A stretch of DNA of 64,000 bases from Bigelowiella natans CCMP2755 (Eukaryota; Protista; Cercozoa), in contig ADNK01003065.1 of assembly GCA_000320545.1 (NCBI GenBank), positions 18,811 through 82,810 on the forward strand, given 5' to 3'. Both the position numbers and the translations under genes were made by a program. Positions within the stretch are counted from its first letter, which is position 1. Each line of letters opens with the position of its first letter. Shown in pieces: positions 23,069-37,545 of the stretch. The notes under the pieces are model-generated. The model did not search any database and had not been told where the DNA came from. It worked only from the letters and a program-made list of their open reading frames with translations.

Positions 23069-24315
23069 CATATTAAAATGACAACCGTAGGGTCCTCCAC
23101 AGCTTTGAAGGTCGCAGCATCATCCGTTTGCAACGAATCAGGGCGATTGACGGCAGCAGTTGAGTTCTCGGAAGAACTCACGTTCAACCCGTCGGCCGTG
23201 GTTTCAGAGACGAGCGGGGAAGCAAGCACAACCGATGGGGGGGGGCGAAAGGGAATCACCTCCAGGCAAATGGGGCACCACTTCTCCTTCTAAGTGAATA
23301 ATCAACACGCCATTGATTTCCTTAGGATGAAAGATGGTAAGGCGCGCTTCGTATGTACCTTCCGTCTGCATGAGCTTTTGACATGGCGTCGATACGAGTC
23401 CTGGTGTGTTTTAGTAGTATCATCCCAAGATTAATATGTGAAACGAGGAGTATCCCCATGTATGCATATTCATATGAATCAAACACATGATAGCGCTTTG
23501 CTTGCTGCATGCGTACAGCACAAACACGTATTGGATCAGAAATAAATGCCTCTCCCCCCTCCCCCTCTTCCTTCTCCTACTAGTACGACTACGATGACGA
23601 CGACAACAGAAACGAATGGTACCCTTCTGTAAAAAGTCTTGTTGCAATTGGCACAAGAGAACCTATGACCGCAAGTAAGATACATAGACGGGTTCAAGAT
23701 CATCACCCTGTGCAAGAGGAGTATACTACCACCACCACCACTACCACAACCACTATATAATAAATGCTGATGAAATCACTACTTGGTGTCGTTTCGGTGT
23801 TTGATTTGGTGTCTTGTCAGCGTCTCTCGAGACTTAAATCTCGAGCCGCATATCGAGCAGTTGAAGAGTCTTTCAACTGCGACATGGCGCCTAAGGTGGT
23901 TTCTCAGGTAGTCCTGCCGGCGAAAATCCTACGGTGTTACGGTGGGAGTTGCAGTTAGCTGCTGCTGCTGCTGTTTTGATGTTTTGAAGGTCATTCTGTT
24001 TGCAAACGGATTTTGTTTATGTTTACCCTAAAAAGCAGCGGGGAGAAAAGAAAGAGAAAGAGAAAGAAAAAGAGAAAGAGAGAGAGGAAGATGACCACCA
24101 TCACAATATCGTCGTCAGCCTCACCTTTCTGCACACCGGGCAGGCAAATTTATTAGCCATCATCATCGTAACCGCCATATCTTTCTCGCCGATGGCATTC
24201 TCAGTTTTGCCTTGGAGATGGTAGAGCGCTGGCATTCTGGCCACGAGGTAGCAAGCAGCAATGTCAGATATATCTTCGATGCAGACGCAGTAGATGAAAC
24301 AAACGCTCAATTATC

Positions 24316-24354
<39 letters not shown>

Positions 24355-25932
24355 AGATTTACCCAACCTAATGCTCGCCGATTTGTGCTGTGCGAGATGT
24401 CGTTGATACTCCTCCTCATTCTCAAATGCGCTGCAGCAGATCCCGCAAAATGCCCCTGGCGACGACTGAGACGTCCAAAAGTCTGAGGCGAGTTTATCCT
24501 GCCATATCATGTAACTTGAATAAATATCTCGCTGACGATTGACTACAGTTATAGGCCGCCGTGGGACACGAATCAAACGATATATGCGAGCACAAACTAT
24601 ATGAGTTCCCCGTCAAATCAAGAGAACAGATGGGGCCAAGCGCCAATTTCTCGTGGAAAAAAGATTTTGCGTTAGTGCCGTCTATTTTGCCTTGCTCATG
24701 AGAGACTTCAGGTTTGCCACAACCTATGTACCGAGTATGACAATATGCCAACAAACAACACACACACACACGCACGCACGCACGCACAAACACACGCAAA
24801 CACACATGATAGTGAATTAAAAACATCTCTTTGATGTGTACAGTATCGTCGAATGAAGTAGGTGCCTACATTATCCAATTCCTTCGTGAGGAGAAGCTCT
24901 ATCGCCTTATCGGCTGAACCTCCCACGGAGCAGAGCACCTTCATCATTATTATCATCGTTGTTATGATAATCATCATCATCATCATTATTGTCATTGTCA
25001 TGGTACTAACAATTGCTGAGAAAGAAAAAGAGTCAAGACGATTAAATAAATGTTTTCCAATCACGATGAGAATGAAGAAGGCAGATTCGTATGGGGATGG
25101 AAAAACAGAAAAGGGGACAACCTGAAGATTCAGCCTCTCATCGAAGAACCACCTAGGAAGAATATTATGTTCAATATCCGCTCATTACATATAAAACACA
25201 GGGTATATATAGCAGCAGCAGGAGTGCCGCACCTGTCTCGTAGAATAGCAAGAGCATCGTTGACGTTTGGTGGGACTTCAATTCTCGGATCCCGACTATA
25301 CAAGGGGAACAGCGCCGCGCTGGTTTTAAATAAATCATGGCTGCTGCGCTGTCTATTATCGTTCGCATCGTCTGCATCCGCATATACAGGTCTTTCGTCG
25401 TCGCTGCTTTTGAGCCCCTCTCCGTTCTCCTGTATTCGTTGCAGATTTTGGTTAAATCACTGCGTGCTCTTGGGCCATGCTTACGATCATGCGCGACCGG
25501 CAATCATCCTACAATTCTCCCCACCATAGCAACCCTCCCTGCCCCCACCTTAAAAGGAGACTCTTCTCGCTGACTCTTCTTCTGTCGTTTGGGAGGTGTG
25601 CAGCATGCGTCGTAGTAATCTTCCATGCATGTTCGGAAGAACCGAGACATTATCCTCTCCCCAGGCGTGTTTGACGATGCGGAGCCCATGTATTCGGCTC
25701 CCTGCACGTATCGAATCGCCTGCATTTGTAGGAGGAAGCAGCGATCGAAGAGGAGAATGAGAAAGAATTGGCTCAGCTTTGCCAATCTATGCGTAATAGT
25801 CTGTGGACTTTGTTTGTGTCTGCTTCTACACTCAATTGCGTGTCTGGATTTGTTGTGTCGGATATTATGCTAATGCGTCATCATCATATCGGTGTTTATC
25901 GTATAGGCACTGCACACCCAGTTCAACAGCAT

Positions 25933-25966
<34 letters not shown>

Positions 25967-27064
25967 CTATCTCTTTGGGGATGATGACTCGGAATTTGAC
26001 ACACAAACACCCGCCATTCTTGGACATTACCTCCATCTCAAAGAATTCATCGAGCGCCCTTCTCGTGGCTTCATCGTATTTGCCAGATACCTATCGGGGG
26101 GGGGAGGTGCGTGTATTACGAAGATAAGAGAATAAGAGGCAGGCCAGGCACGCTAAGAAGCTCATCTCTATCGTTTGTTTGACGTTAGAAAGCGCAATCG
26201 TCTCCATATTATTACTTCGAGAGGAATGCTACTGCCATAGAGAGAAATCCAGCCCTTCGCTTGCTGGTACACCAAATACCTGAAGCAAACAAGGTCATCA
26301 GTAGGTAATAGTAGGTAGGTAGTAGTAGCAGTAGAAAATAGTTGTAGTAGTAGTAGCAGTAGTAGTAGAAGTAGAAAAGGTCGCTAATTGAGAGAACTCG
26401 GAAACACATCGTGTGCAAGCGATTTATTACCTCTGCAACCACTTGATCACTGTCAGGCCTTCATGGTCTCCCAGCGTAAGAATTAATGAGCGGATGTTTG
26501 AAGTTTCCGGGATGACAAACGTCCTATTCTTGTTCGCCTCTCGAAACCGCAAGTAGGCCCACAAGATACGCGAAAACGCCTTGGACGATTTGGAAGGGCA
26601 CGGAAGCTGCGGCGATGACGCGGGCTGCGAAACAACGTCGGAGGACTGCTTATCTGCCGTACTCTTAGAGGAAGATAACAACGACGACGAAGCAGAGGAA
26701 GGAGAAGTTTCGTTACAGCCTATGCTGCATCGATCAGCATTGTTCGGGTTTTGAGCTGCGGTCTTAGCCATGGTGACTTTGATGTGGCCGGCAAGGGATC
26801 CTTGGTTGGCAAAGAGACGGCAGCACGATCTTGATGTACATTGCAGTAGTCAACAACAACAACAACAACAACAACAACAGGCGCTCAAAAATTATGGTGG
26901 TGATAATGTGGTAGTAAAGGGAATGACCGACAGCGAGAGGAGGTTAAGGAGGAGGATAAGGAGGAGAAGGAGGGGGAGGATACGAAAGGAGAAACGGCAT
27001 CAAAGGAACTGTTTTTAGAAATTGCTCATGAAAAACGACAACGCACGCGCGCGCGCACACACAA

Positions 27065-27096
<32 letters not shown>

Positions 27097-28175
27097 ACAT
27101 AGACACATATGCATGCAGCAATGCGTAGCGCAATGTAGCAGCATCCTACACAAACGCCTCTTTTCGATCTGAATCGTCTCTCTTCTCTTCTCTCACTCAC
27201 CTGCAAACAGCGGTGCTGTGCATCTCCCTTAGCACGGTCTTGACCTCACGCCAGTTAAGGGGGATGGGGTGTTTAGACAAATAGTAGGCTGTCAGTCTCC
27301 CGCTGTTTCGCGCCCAGGCCTTAATCTTATGCCTTGGTAATTGCTGCTTGAAGGTGAATATCTTTGAGCGGTCCTCACAATACGACGACGACGATGGCGT
27401 TGTTGATGGCTTCGATGCGGCCTCAGAGCGGGATCTTAGATCGCCCTTTCTCCCTCCTTCATTAACGTTGGGGTTAGCGCAAAATAGTGATAATGTGTTT
27501 TCATAACATGCATCGTGCGACTAGACGGAGCTACGTGTCCACGTTATTAGGGTGCAGCAACCTTGAGATCTGGATATCGTTGCGAGGTGCTGCAGGCCCA
27601 TAGTAGTATCAGTTGTGCTCGCATCTTGTAGGCTGCGTAACTTGGCGAGGTCGTAGGAGTCATCTAGGAAGTGCTGCTCATATATGTCATCAGGGTCTGG
27701 CAGTGGGGGCATTCCTGAGTTATCATTCGATTAAAAATAGAGCGCTGTGAATGAATGGGGGCGCTATTGATGGATGTATATCCGTCTATAATCTATGCGA
27801 GAGAATGAGACTAGAACATCGCACACCCAATTCCTTTCGTCTCGTGCATAGAGCTTGCCATGCCTCTTCTTCGGTCTTGTATCTAGAGAGAAAGCAGAGT
27901 CATCGAGGTTTCCATAATCATCATCGTCAGAATCATCAGTCATCGAGGTTTCCATAATCACCATCGTCAGAATCATCATCAAGACCACGCTGTAGAAGAC
28001 AAGGCCATGTATTAATTACCTCCCAATGTAGACTCTCATCCCCTGAAATACCGCTGTCGCTCGCCATTTATTCACCTCCTAAATAAAAGATGTACCACAA
28101 CAATCGAGCACTTCTTTATCTAGAGAGAAAGGAGGAGGGAGAGAAATGTCAAAAGGAGATCAGGCTTTCCTTTCT

Positions 28176-28219
<44 letters not shown>

Positions 28220-29409
28220 CTTCCTAGTAGTCGTGTACCCTCTCGTATGCAATTCCTCTGTATCTTGACGTGTAAAACCGGCGTCTTCCGATTCCGACAA
28301 GGTTTGCTTGGGCGAGCTTGCCTGTCAGCATCGCCTCCCTATCCCCCCTCTTCCCCCCTTCTCCCTCTTTTCTATGTCTCCTTTTCTTGTTGTTGTTATT
28401 ATTATCATCCTTTACGAGGAGGCGAGTGAAGTTGCTGCCATCTGTACATCTTTCATCTTGGCAGATCTGCTGCATCATCACATTGTCACTCTCGACGGCA
28501 TATTCCTCCTCATCCTCCTCTAGCTTATACTCTCCTTCACCCTCGCCAGTTGTGTTGTCAATACCGCGGCTTCTTCGGACAAAGAGCCCCCCCTCTTGCC
28601 CGGCTGAGGGAGAGGGGGGGGGGGTCATAACACCCATTGGCGTTTGAACGAATATTCGCTGGAAGTCGCGGCATTGAAGCTCCTGAGGGCTCTATTGTAA
28701 CATTGGGAGAGAAGGAGGAAGTTAAATGACATTTTTATGAATAGTCGATGTAATGATTGTTATTATGGTTTACTGAGAGATAACTAAGAAAACGAAATGT
28801 TACGATAAAGTACACGGAAAGAGATGGGAAATATTGCCGTTGTTGTCGTGACCGCATCCACCACCACCACCACCAGCAGCATCATTATACTCATCATTCA
28901 CTCATTATCGTACGAGTAGAGGATTGAGAGGAATCAAGCCTTCTTTATCAAGGGAAAACCGAAGAAACCGAACGTCCATTCCACTCGCCTTACAAATAGT
29001 CACACACATTATCAAGATATTCAGACACAACATATGGATGGATATGTGTAGGAGCGGCAAACTCAATCATTGCCAGAAGCCAATGAATATGTAATAAACG
29101 AGGAAGGGAAATCGCGGCTGCTACCTCTGCATAATGAGCCATAAGCTCGGATAGGGGAGTCGTCCAGTTCACCTTTTGAAATATATGTAAGTTGTGTAAG
29201 TAAGAAGGTGTTTGATGCATGTACTCTTAAGAGTACAAGAACAAGCGGCTGCAGATAGACGAGGCAGCAAACGCCAAATGCTCTTAATCTCCAACCTTGA
29301 ACCAGATAGCGGTGGATTGACCGTCTTCATAGGCGACAAGATGCAAGCTAGGCCCGCGCTTCCGCCATTCAACTGGATGCACTGTATGAGCAGCTTCTAT
29401 GTACCGGCA

Positions 29410-29448
<39 letters not shown>

Positions 29449-29751
29449 CAGAGCATGAGTACATGTAACTATCGTCCATGCCATGTGTTAGCGACGGTGT
29501 TAGTTTTTGCTCCGTATTTGCCTGTTGTTCGCGTCGATCCGTCGTAAGCGGCGGCGGCTGCGCTGTTTCCCACGGGTCGGCTACTCCGAAGTGATTGCTG
29601 TCCTAGACAAGGCCGCGCATCGTCCTGCGAAAACCAGGGTCAGGGGGAGTCTTAGAAAGAAATACGACAGGGAGAAGAACCACGCGGGGACTTGTAGCCC
29701 CAGAGCACAACAGTTATTCCATCGCCCGCTCATAACAACACGCTGCATCAT
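20886..29751 (-). CDS. Large multi-exon nuclear regulator: SUMO-like domain, AP2/ERF-like domain, UBA-like domain and a C-terminal C2H2 zinc-finger array
   Basis: SUMO-like LHLVAYEDGQSTAIWFKVNWTTPLSELMAHYAEASGMDVRFLRF..SPQELQ (28650-29400). AP2-like TSRYRGIAYER-VNKWRA..RVYIGRYKTEEEA (27830-28280). UBA-like ALAILRDRWFFDERLNLQVLCSVGGSADKAIELLL (24870-25270). Fingers CGICCSAF..HLAQH, CPVCRKDF..HLRRH, CSICGSRF..HQIKH, CTECSRRF..HLKTH, CPICEKAF..HILRFH. The start codon and single-gene status are uncertain. Confidence 0.7.
27901..27978. repeat. Intronic tandem duplication, 40-bp unit x2
   Basis: catcgaggtttccataatca(t/c)catcgtcagaatcatca is repeated with period 40. Confidence 0.85.
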
Positions 29752-30982
29752 GTAGGAGTCCTTACTAGGAACGACAGCCCAGCATAGGTAAGTAGCAGCC
29801 AGCAGCCAGCTCGGAGTGCCACACGCGCAGCGCGATAACGTGCACGCACGATTCCCCCCGCCTCCTTGAGCGGGATGAGCACAATTATAGAGGGGATGGA
29901 TGGGGCGCTGGGTTTCCGTTTGGCCTTCGGATACACTCGACGGGCTCGAATGCGTCTTATTTTCCTAGCATGTTTGTGGCGGTAATATTGACCAAGAATT
30001 TCGTTGTGTTTGAGGGAAAATAGATAAAAATTAAAGCATGATTTGACTCAATTTCCCACAGATTATGTAACGCATATCCCGAGGTGGAAGCCCGTCGGCT
30101 GCTACAACGAAAAAGGAATCTTACAATATATATTCGAATAAAAATGATAGAAAAAGTTTACATTTTCTATACGGGAAATATCTGAAATAGCATATGACAC
30201 ACTGACTAAGCAGTTGATAGAGCAATATTACGATGCCACAAACTTATCCGTAGCATAGCCTATAAATAACCGATATATATTTTCTAAATCATACATCAGC
30301 TGTGCTTGCATCCACCCTGTTCCATCTTTCATCCGTTCCCGCCCCCCGCCCCGAGCACGCCTAACAACGGCTGCAGCTATTGGAGCAAATGTAACACCAT
30401 CCTGTGTTCCTTGCTGCTTATGCTAGCTAAATATAAGGGGAGTGTGGCGCTGTTAGGGGAGAGGGGGGGTGCATTTCGTGTCTGTGCTGGTTTAAGCGGA
30501 AATTTTTGGTGTCATTTGCGCCCTTTCTGGAGCAATCCTACCCAAGGCACCCATGGAGGTCATAACCTCGTGGGGATTCGGGTCCTTTCGTATGCGAAGC
30601 GTCGCGCCATTCCGGCAGCTTTTTATCCGCGAAAACGCGCGCGTAGTCCATGTTGAGCAAACCCCTTGACACACCCCCTCCCCCACATCATGTGTTCTGT
30701 AACTCCGGGCTACTATGCTAACGTAGGGCGGATTCGCGGACACTAGAGCGCTATGATGTGCTAGGCAGCACGTTGAGGGATCTAAGGCTAGGCGATCTCA
30801 ATATCCAGGTTATCATGTTCCATCTATCAAAACGCAGGGAAGAAGGGACGCATGCATCAGCACCGACCCTCTTTTTCAGGGCCGTATGCTGTGCAAATGA
30901 AGGAGCGTGGTTTTCCTCAAAATGCTTACTCTCCGCTCTATATATGAGTGCAGGGCGATAGTCTTTCCACCCCATTGCGCCA

Positions 30983-31122
30983 ATGCGGTCTCCCGCTCCG
31001 GGAAATCGTCTCTCCCGCGCAGAAGATGCCTATTCAATGAATATTTGCGAGATAGGCCGAAATTTTCCTTTGCACGTCAATGATAGACATGACGGTCATT
31101 TGTGTCTGTCTGTCTGTCTGTC

Positions 31123-31163
<41 letters not shown>

Positions 31164-31962
31164 TCTGTGAACCAGCTCTCTTATTGCTCTCTGCTTCCAC
31201 TATAACGCAGGAATTGATTGCGGAATATGATGACGAAGAGTTCTGCGAGATGACCGGCGTCTACTACGACCCTAGATGCCTTTTGCACGAGGGTGAGTGT
31301 TTACTACGATGTGACACGTTTATCGTTGGAGGAGGGAGGGTGTAGAAATGAGGAAGGTAGTAATTATCATTTTGCCCCCCCCCCCCCCCCCCTTGCGCTG
31401 ACACCTTTTTCTAGATGGAGAGGGCGAGTCTGTCGAGAGACCGGCGCGCGCAGAAGAAATTTTTGAAGGGCTCAAGGTCTCTAAAGAGAGATAATTAGAG
31501 AGAGCGTGAGAGAGAAACAGTGGCATTTTTTAACTTTTTGCTGATACAAATAATGCCCCATCGTGCCATCCTCTCATCCCCACCATCACCACCATCATCA
31601 TCACCATCATCCATACGACCAATCCGAGCAGAAAACTGGCTTGCTCAAGAAATGCCGACGAGTGCCGGGGCGACGGGCCACGAAGGAGGAGATCTGCAGC
31701 GTCCACACCGCACCCTACTACCGCCTAATCGAGGACACGCAATACAGGAGCGCAGGGCGGAGTCGCCTCCGAAGCAGCATTCAGCAGAATATTCATCTCG
31801 ACGAGGAGAAAGACACGTACATCAATGACTACTCATTCGATGCGGCGTGTCTCTCTACAGGGGGGCTGCTCCAAGTGGCAGAGCGGGTGGTGGACGGCCG
31901 ACTGAAAAACGGGTATGCTTTCATTCCTTTCCATTGTGATCATGCTCTCTTCGGCGCTATAC

Positions 31963-31999
<37 letters not shown>

Positions 32000-34221
32000 G
32001 ACATTATAGTATGGTCGTAATACTACATCAGGTTTGCTATCATCCGACCCCCGGGGCACCATGCGGAGAACTGCAAAGCCATGGGATTTTGCCTCTTCAA
32101 TCACGTCGCTATATGCGCGCAAATGCTGCTGCAGAGGTACCCTGAAGACGTCAAGAAGATAATGATTGTAGATTGGGATGTGCACCATGGGAATGGCACG
32201 GAGAAGACATTCGAGGCCGATCCAAGAGTACTCTACTTCTCCATCCATCGATATGATAACGGGTCGTTCTTCCCAGGGACAGGTGTGACAGCAATACAGC
32301 GTCATCAGTCGATCGATCGTCACCATCATTTATAGCCGCATCATCCAATCAAAATCAATCCATCATCACAGGCAAGGTCACTTCGGTTGGAAAAGGCAGA
32401 GGGGCTGGCAAAACGGTCAACGTTCCCCTCCCCTCTGCTGGCTTTGGCGACACGGAATATCTGCAGATATTTCTACAGGTCGGTGTCCTATCCCCCCCCC
32501 TCCCCCCCCCCCCCCTCCCTCCTCATTGTATTGGTTTCGCAGCAGGGAGAGGCATATGAGGTCGCAGCATGCTGAAGTGTTGTTGCGTTCACGACATTAT
32601 AATAATAGTACCACCGCCTTCAAGTTTGAAGCAGAAGCGTGTGCATATATGATCCTGAGGGAATGCGTGGTTGCCGCCTTCATCGTTTGTTGGATGTTTA
32701 TGGTAGGTTTTGTTGCCTATCGCAAGGGAGTTCGAGCCTGATTTGCTTCTGGTCTCGGCGGGATTTGATAGCGCGTAAGTTTTCGACACTGAAGGACGCT
32801 GTTGTTGAGTATCTGAAGATGATGACAACGATGATGATGTGGCCACTAGTATGCGACATCGTCGCTCTTTTGATATATTCCTGAATCACTGATATCCTTG
32901 CCCTTATCCCCCCCCCCCTCAGACTGGGCGACATTGGGGAGATGAAAGTCACAGAAAACGGGTCAGAACTATGTGTCGATGTTTAGTTAACGGTTTCGAG
33001 CAGTACTCCCCCACGTTGCTGTTGTTGTTGTTATTGTTGTTGTCGGGTAGAGAGAGGGGGGGGGGGGACAATGGCATGATTTATCGATGTACTGCCTGGT
33101 GGGAACTGGAATCTTCATCGCTGGTGACGATGGTTAATGGGTGATACTTATACTGTTCTCTTCCAGGTTTGGGCAAATGATGTCGATGCTTAAGAACACC
33201 GGTATTGTAGATGAGGAGAAGATCGTCGTCGCTCTTGAAGGAGGGTATGTTGCGTGTATTTGTCTATCTGTCTTTGTGTGTGTGTGTGTGTGCGTGTTGT
33301 GTACATGCATTTATTTTATTTTTCCGGCGCTAAGAGTCGTTTAGTCATAGAAATAAGTGACACCGACATGTATACACCCACACACACGCACAGCTAACAC
33401 ATCCGCGTTCATAGTCACATTGGAATTCCAACTGCCTTTAGGTATAACATAAGCTCTCTAGTTTCTTCGTCCTTGGAAGTAGTTAAGGTAACCAAGACAA
33501 AATTGGGAATAAAACAAATGAATAAATAATAATAATAACAAGAAGAAGAAGAAGAAGAAGAAGAAGAAGAAGAAAGGTGTAAAAACTACTACAACGACAC
33601 TCATCATCATGGATCCTCTTCACCAGGTACTTTTGGGCGGATTTGCGCCGAGTATTCCTCCCATCCAACGAGTGATGAAGTTCTTCACCTGGACGGAGAA
33701 GAAGCACTACCAGGCCAACTTAAAGAGATTTACGGATGTAAGTGTGAAGAATAAGAAGGGGGGGGGGGCGGACGGGTGTGTGTGTGTGTGTGTGTGTGTG
33801 TGTCTGTGTGTATGTGTGTATAACAATACACAGCTCATCATCCTCATCACCACGCATATAATTCAGGTGGTTGCGCGTGTGCTCACGGAACAGGTTCCGC
33901 CTTGATTGAGCAGAGCGACGATATCTAATAATGACTAATCACAACTACTACATGCCCTCACATATTGCGTGCTGTTGGATATATAGAGAGAGGGGCGGGG
34001 GGGGGGTTGGAGGTGACAGTGCTCTTGATTGGACAATACTCTGTGAGAAATGCTGAGTTTGACACATAATCCGCAAATGTAATAGTCTCGATTCTGGCAT
34101 TGCTTTCGATCATTGCTGCCATCCGAAGGTAGTAGTAACAACACCACCTATTGCTCCTACCATCAATTACTTCTGCTGCTGCTGCTGCTACAGATACTCT
34201 CATAAACACATACACAAACAT

Positions 34222-34258
<37 letters not shown>

Positions 34259-34288
34259 GACACACACATCCATGATTAAATTTTTGTG

Positions 34289-34319
<31 letters not shown>

Positions 34320-34479
34320 GCTACTACTACTACTAAAATGCATGTTATCCTGAGGAGGTTTTGCCGTTTATTTCTCTCTTCTCTCGTAGGGAGGCAGACG
34401 AGGCAGTCGGCGCTATCGTTATCACTATCATCAACATCCATGATGACAGGAAGGGGCTTGTTGCCTCAGGTACTTGCTT

Positions 34480-34515
<36 letters not shown>

Positions 34516-34638
34516 TTTGAGTCGATAATTCTTCATCGTTCGTGTAGATATCATTGAAGCTACTACATTTAGACACATAAATATTATATTAAAGATAAAA
34601 TGCATATAGTATTGCGTCTAAATTCCGCCTCGCCCCCT

Positions 34639-34671
<33 letters not shown>

Positions 34672-35066
34672 CATTCTCATAACCCAACAGGTGAGGGGGA
34701 AGAATAGCAACCTGAACATCTTCAAGAGCCATGTGCGAGACACGACGCATCCAAGTTACCCTGGTTTCTTGGGGAAGAAGGTTGCTTAATCAAAGCTAGT
34801 GTAGTATATAAAACTTGCCGTCCATTATCAAAACATCGTAGTATATGTGTAGAGGAGATTAGTCTGTTAAAATTCATGCAATTTTTTAACTCACGCCCCC
34901 CCCCCCAACCACTCTCATTATCTGTGCAGGTGTACCGAATCCATAAGGGCGTGAAGATAAAAGGCACCATAGTCGATAGAGTCTATGAACAAAACAGAAA
35001 TAGATGGTATTATTACTAATATTAGTGTAGTAAGAAGAGGAGACGGCGAAGGACTATTTGACCTTG

Positions 35067-35102
<36 letters not shown>

Positions 35103-35289
35103 TGTGCGTATGACTTATATCATTTTCGAGGAGAGATAGACCCCTCTCTCTGAGAGATGTTTGGTTGTTGATTCGTTTCTTGTGTTGCGTTGTTTTTGCT
35201 GCTGCTGCAGGGGGATATTGTACGAAGATGGGGAGTATAAGCGAATGTCACATGTACAGATGCTAAAGGTAATTTTCTGGTCTATTCAA

Positions 35290-35322
<33 letters not shown>

Positions 35323-35770
35323 CACACAGGTAAAGGTGATTACCACCGATGATGATGTGTCGCGGAGGATACAAGATGGGCCTGCTTCTACTTCGCAAGT
35401 TGAAGATAATGCTGATGAGAAGAAAAATGATGACGGGGGAGATGCGGGAACAGCAGCAGCAGGAGGAGGAGGAGGAGGAGAAGAAGAAGAAGAAAAGGAA
35501 CAAGAAAAAGAAGAAGGAAAAGGAAAAGGAGAGGAAGGTTCTAAGCCCGCTTTCTCTCTCTCACCGCCCATCTCCGCTGCTGCATCGGCGGCACAGATGC
35601 CTGATCAGGCAGCAAAGGGAGTAGACGGGGAGGGAGGAGGAGGAGAAAGCTGCCCGTTGCTTGTTAAATGTGAGTGTGAGTAGTAATACGAATGATGATG
35701 ATGATGATGATTATGTGGTACTTATACCAAACTTCATTCCCTGAGGCGGTGACTAACTGACGTATTAAAT

Positions 35771-35809
<39 letters not shown>

Positions 35810-36983
35810 TTTTCATTGTCTTCCCTGCCCGATCAAGGCGAATTGGTTGAGAAGCATCAGCATCATCAGCAGCAGCAGCAAGAGGGGGAGGAGAACCACC
35901 AGCAGCAGCAGCAGCAGCAGCAGAACCAGGCACAGAACGGAGACGGCGTCAAGTCTAAGAGCGACTTCGATAATGATGATGACGATGACGATGATGATGG
36001 TGATAACCACGAGGATGAGCAAAACCACAGCAGCACCACCACCAGCAGCACCAGCAGTAGCAGTAGCATGAATACTAGCAGCGGCAGCCAAAATAACAGC
36101 ACCAACATTATTACACGCAAAAGAGCCCGGAGCTGCGACTCCTCCTCGTCATCTGCCTTCATAGTGAAGAAGGCCCTTCTCCCGCCTCCTTCTGCGAACA
36201 GCAGTAGCGGTGAAGCTGCTGCTGCCTCTGCTGCTGACCCTCCTTTCGGGGAAGGGGGGGAGAAGAAGGAAGTGGGTAGCGATGATAGTAAGTCGAGCAC
36301 CGCGATCTCTGTGGAGGCGGGGCAGCTTTCCAAGCTTTCCAGTAGTTCGGTTAAGAAGATAAAGAGGCACAGCGATATGGAAGAGGAGAGGGAGGAGGAG
36401 GAGGAGGAAGAGGAGGAGAAGCAGAAGGACAGGGTTAGACGCGAGTACCATGATGCACACGATGGTAGCGGAGATGGTGGTGAAGATGGAGGTGGGGGCG
36501 AGAGGTAGGGGTGCTAGCGAGTCGCCCCACTCATCCTTCGCATCCTCCTCGTCCTCCTCCTCCTCCTCCTCCTCCTCCTCCTTGCCCTGATGCTACCAGC
36601 AGCACAAGGAGCTCGAAACGGCATCGGCGAGGGTATGTTAAACACACGAGTAGCTGTCGCATTACCTTTTTGGGAGGGGACATCTGCTGTTTTCAATTAT
36701 TATCCGCTGCTTTCACTGAGTAATAGTAGCTTGGAGAGCGGCATCACCACTTGAGTAAAATGCATGCGATATCTGTTCGATGATGCAGGAGGAGACGACG
36801 TAGGCAACAGCCGCACCAGCAGGACATCCCCGCTTTGGAATATGACAACCCCGACCTCCAGGCCTTGATTGCTACCAAGAGAAGAAGGAAAATGAAGAAG
36901 AAGAAGAAGAAAAAACAGGTCAGTAGCAGATTCGTTGTGCTGCGTGGGATCCGATGTACGCTTACTTAATGCAATATAAATAT

Positions 36984-37024
<41 letters not shown>

Positions 37025-37075
37025 TAAAATACATGGCTATTCAAGATTTTGAGAATGCGGGAGAAGTATCGTTGA
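30983..37075 (+). CDS. Class II histone deacetylase (HDAC6/Hda1-like, single catalytic domain) with a Tudor-like segment and a long acidic/polyQ tail
   Basis: [81 protein letters not shown] and VALEGGY. Catalytic His pair, Zn ligands and Tyr are intact. Stop TGA at 37073-37075 after a K-rich NLS-like run. Confidence 0.9.
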
Positions 37076-37309
37076 TCACATATTCCCTGGAAATGATTGA
37101 GGATATGTGCTCCGTATTGCCCAGAAAAAGGAGCGGCGAGCCCCCTCTCGGCACAGCGTGAATCAGAAACCACAGGAGGAGAAAAAGGTTACTTAAGCAG
37201 CTGTGTGGTGGCAAATAAAGGCTAGCAGCTAGTGCTGCTTCGGAGTGTGCGTGGCGAGTGAAAAATGTGCAGACAATAACGCTTGAGTGAAACTAACTAC
37301 GAACATATT

Positions 37310-37545
37310 TCACACGCATGCATGCACTGTCCTGCGCTGTGACGAGGTCTTGCAATGCACTGTGTTTGTAGCCGTCGTGCTGTGCCTGTGTGCAACAACG
37401 CTTAGATTGCATCACACGCACTGTGTGCATGCAGTGTGCTAGTAGACACTCGCTGGCGAATGCCCACATGCAGTTTCTGGCGCACTCATGATGCACAATG
37501 CTGCGAAGCTCGAATGCAATTGCTAAATGCTAGAATGACCAAAGT
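37310..37545. other. TpA-depleted island between convergent gene ends
   Basis: TA occurs only as GTAG, TTAG, CTAG or CTAA until about 37545. Rich in CATG, TGCA and CACA. Confidence 0.6.

Noticed and set aside
27521-27523. In-frame TAG followed by continued open frame, suggesting stop-codon readthrough or recoding
   Set aside because: A phase-1 GT-AG intron (CAAG|gttgc...gctaac...aatgaag|GA) removes it and restores the frame.
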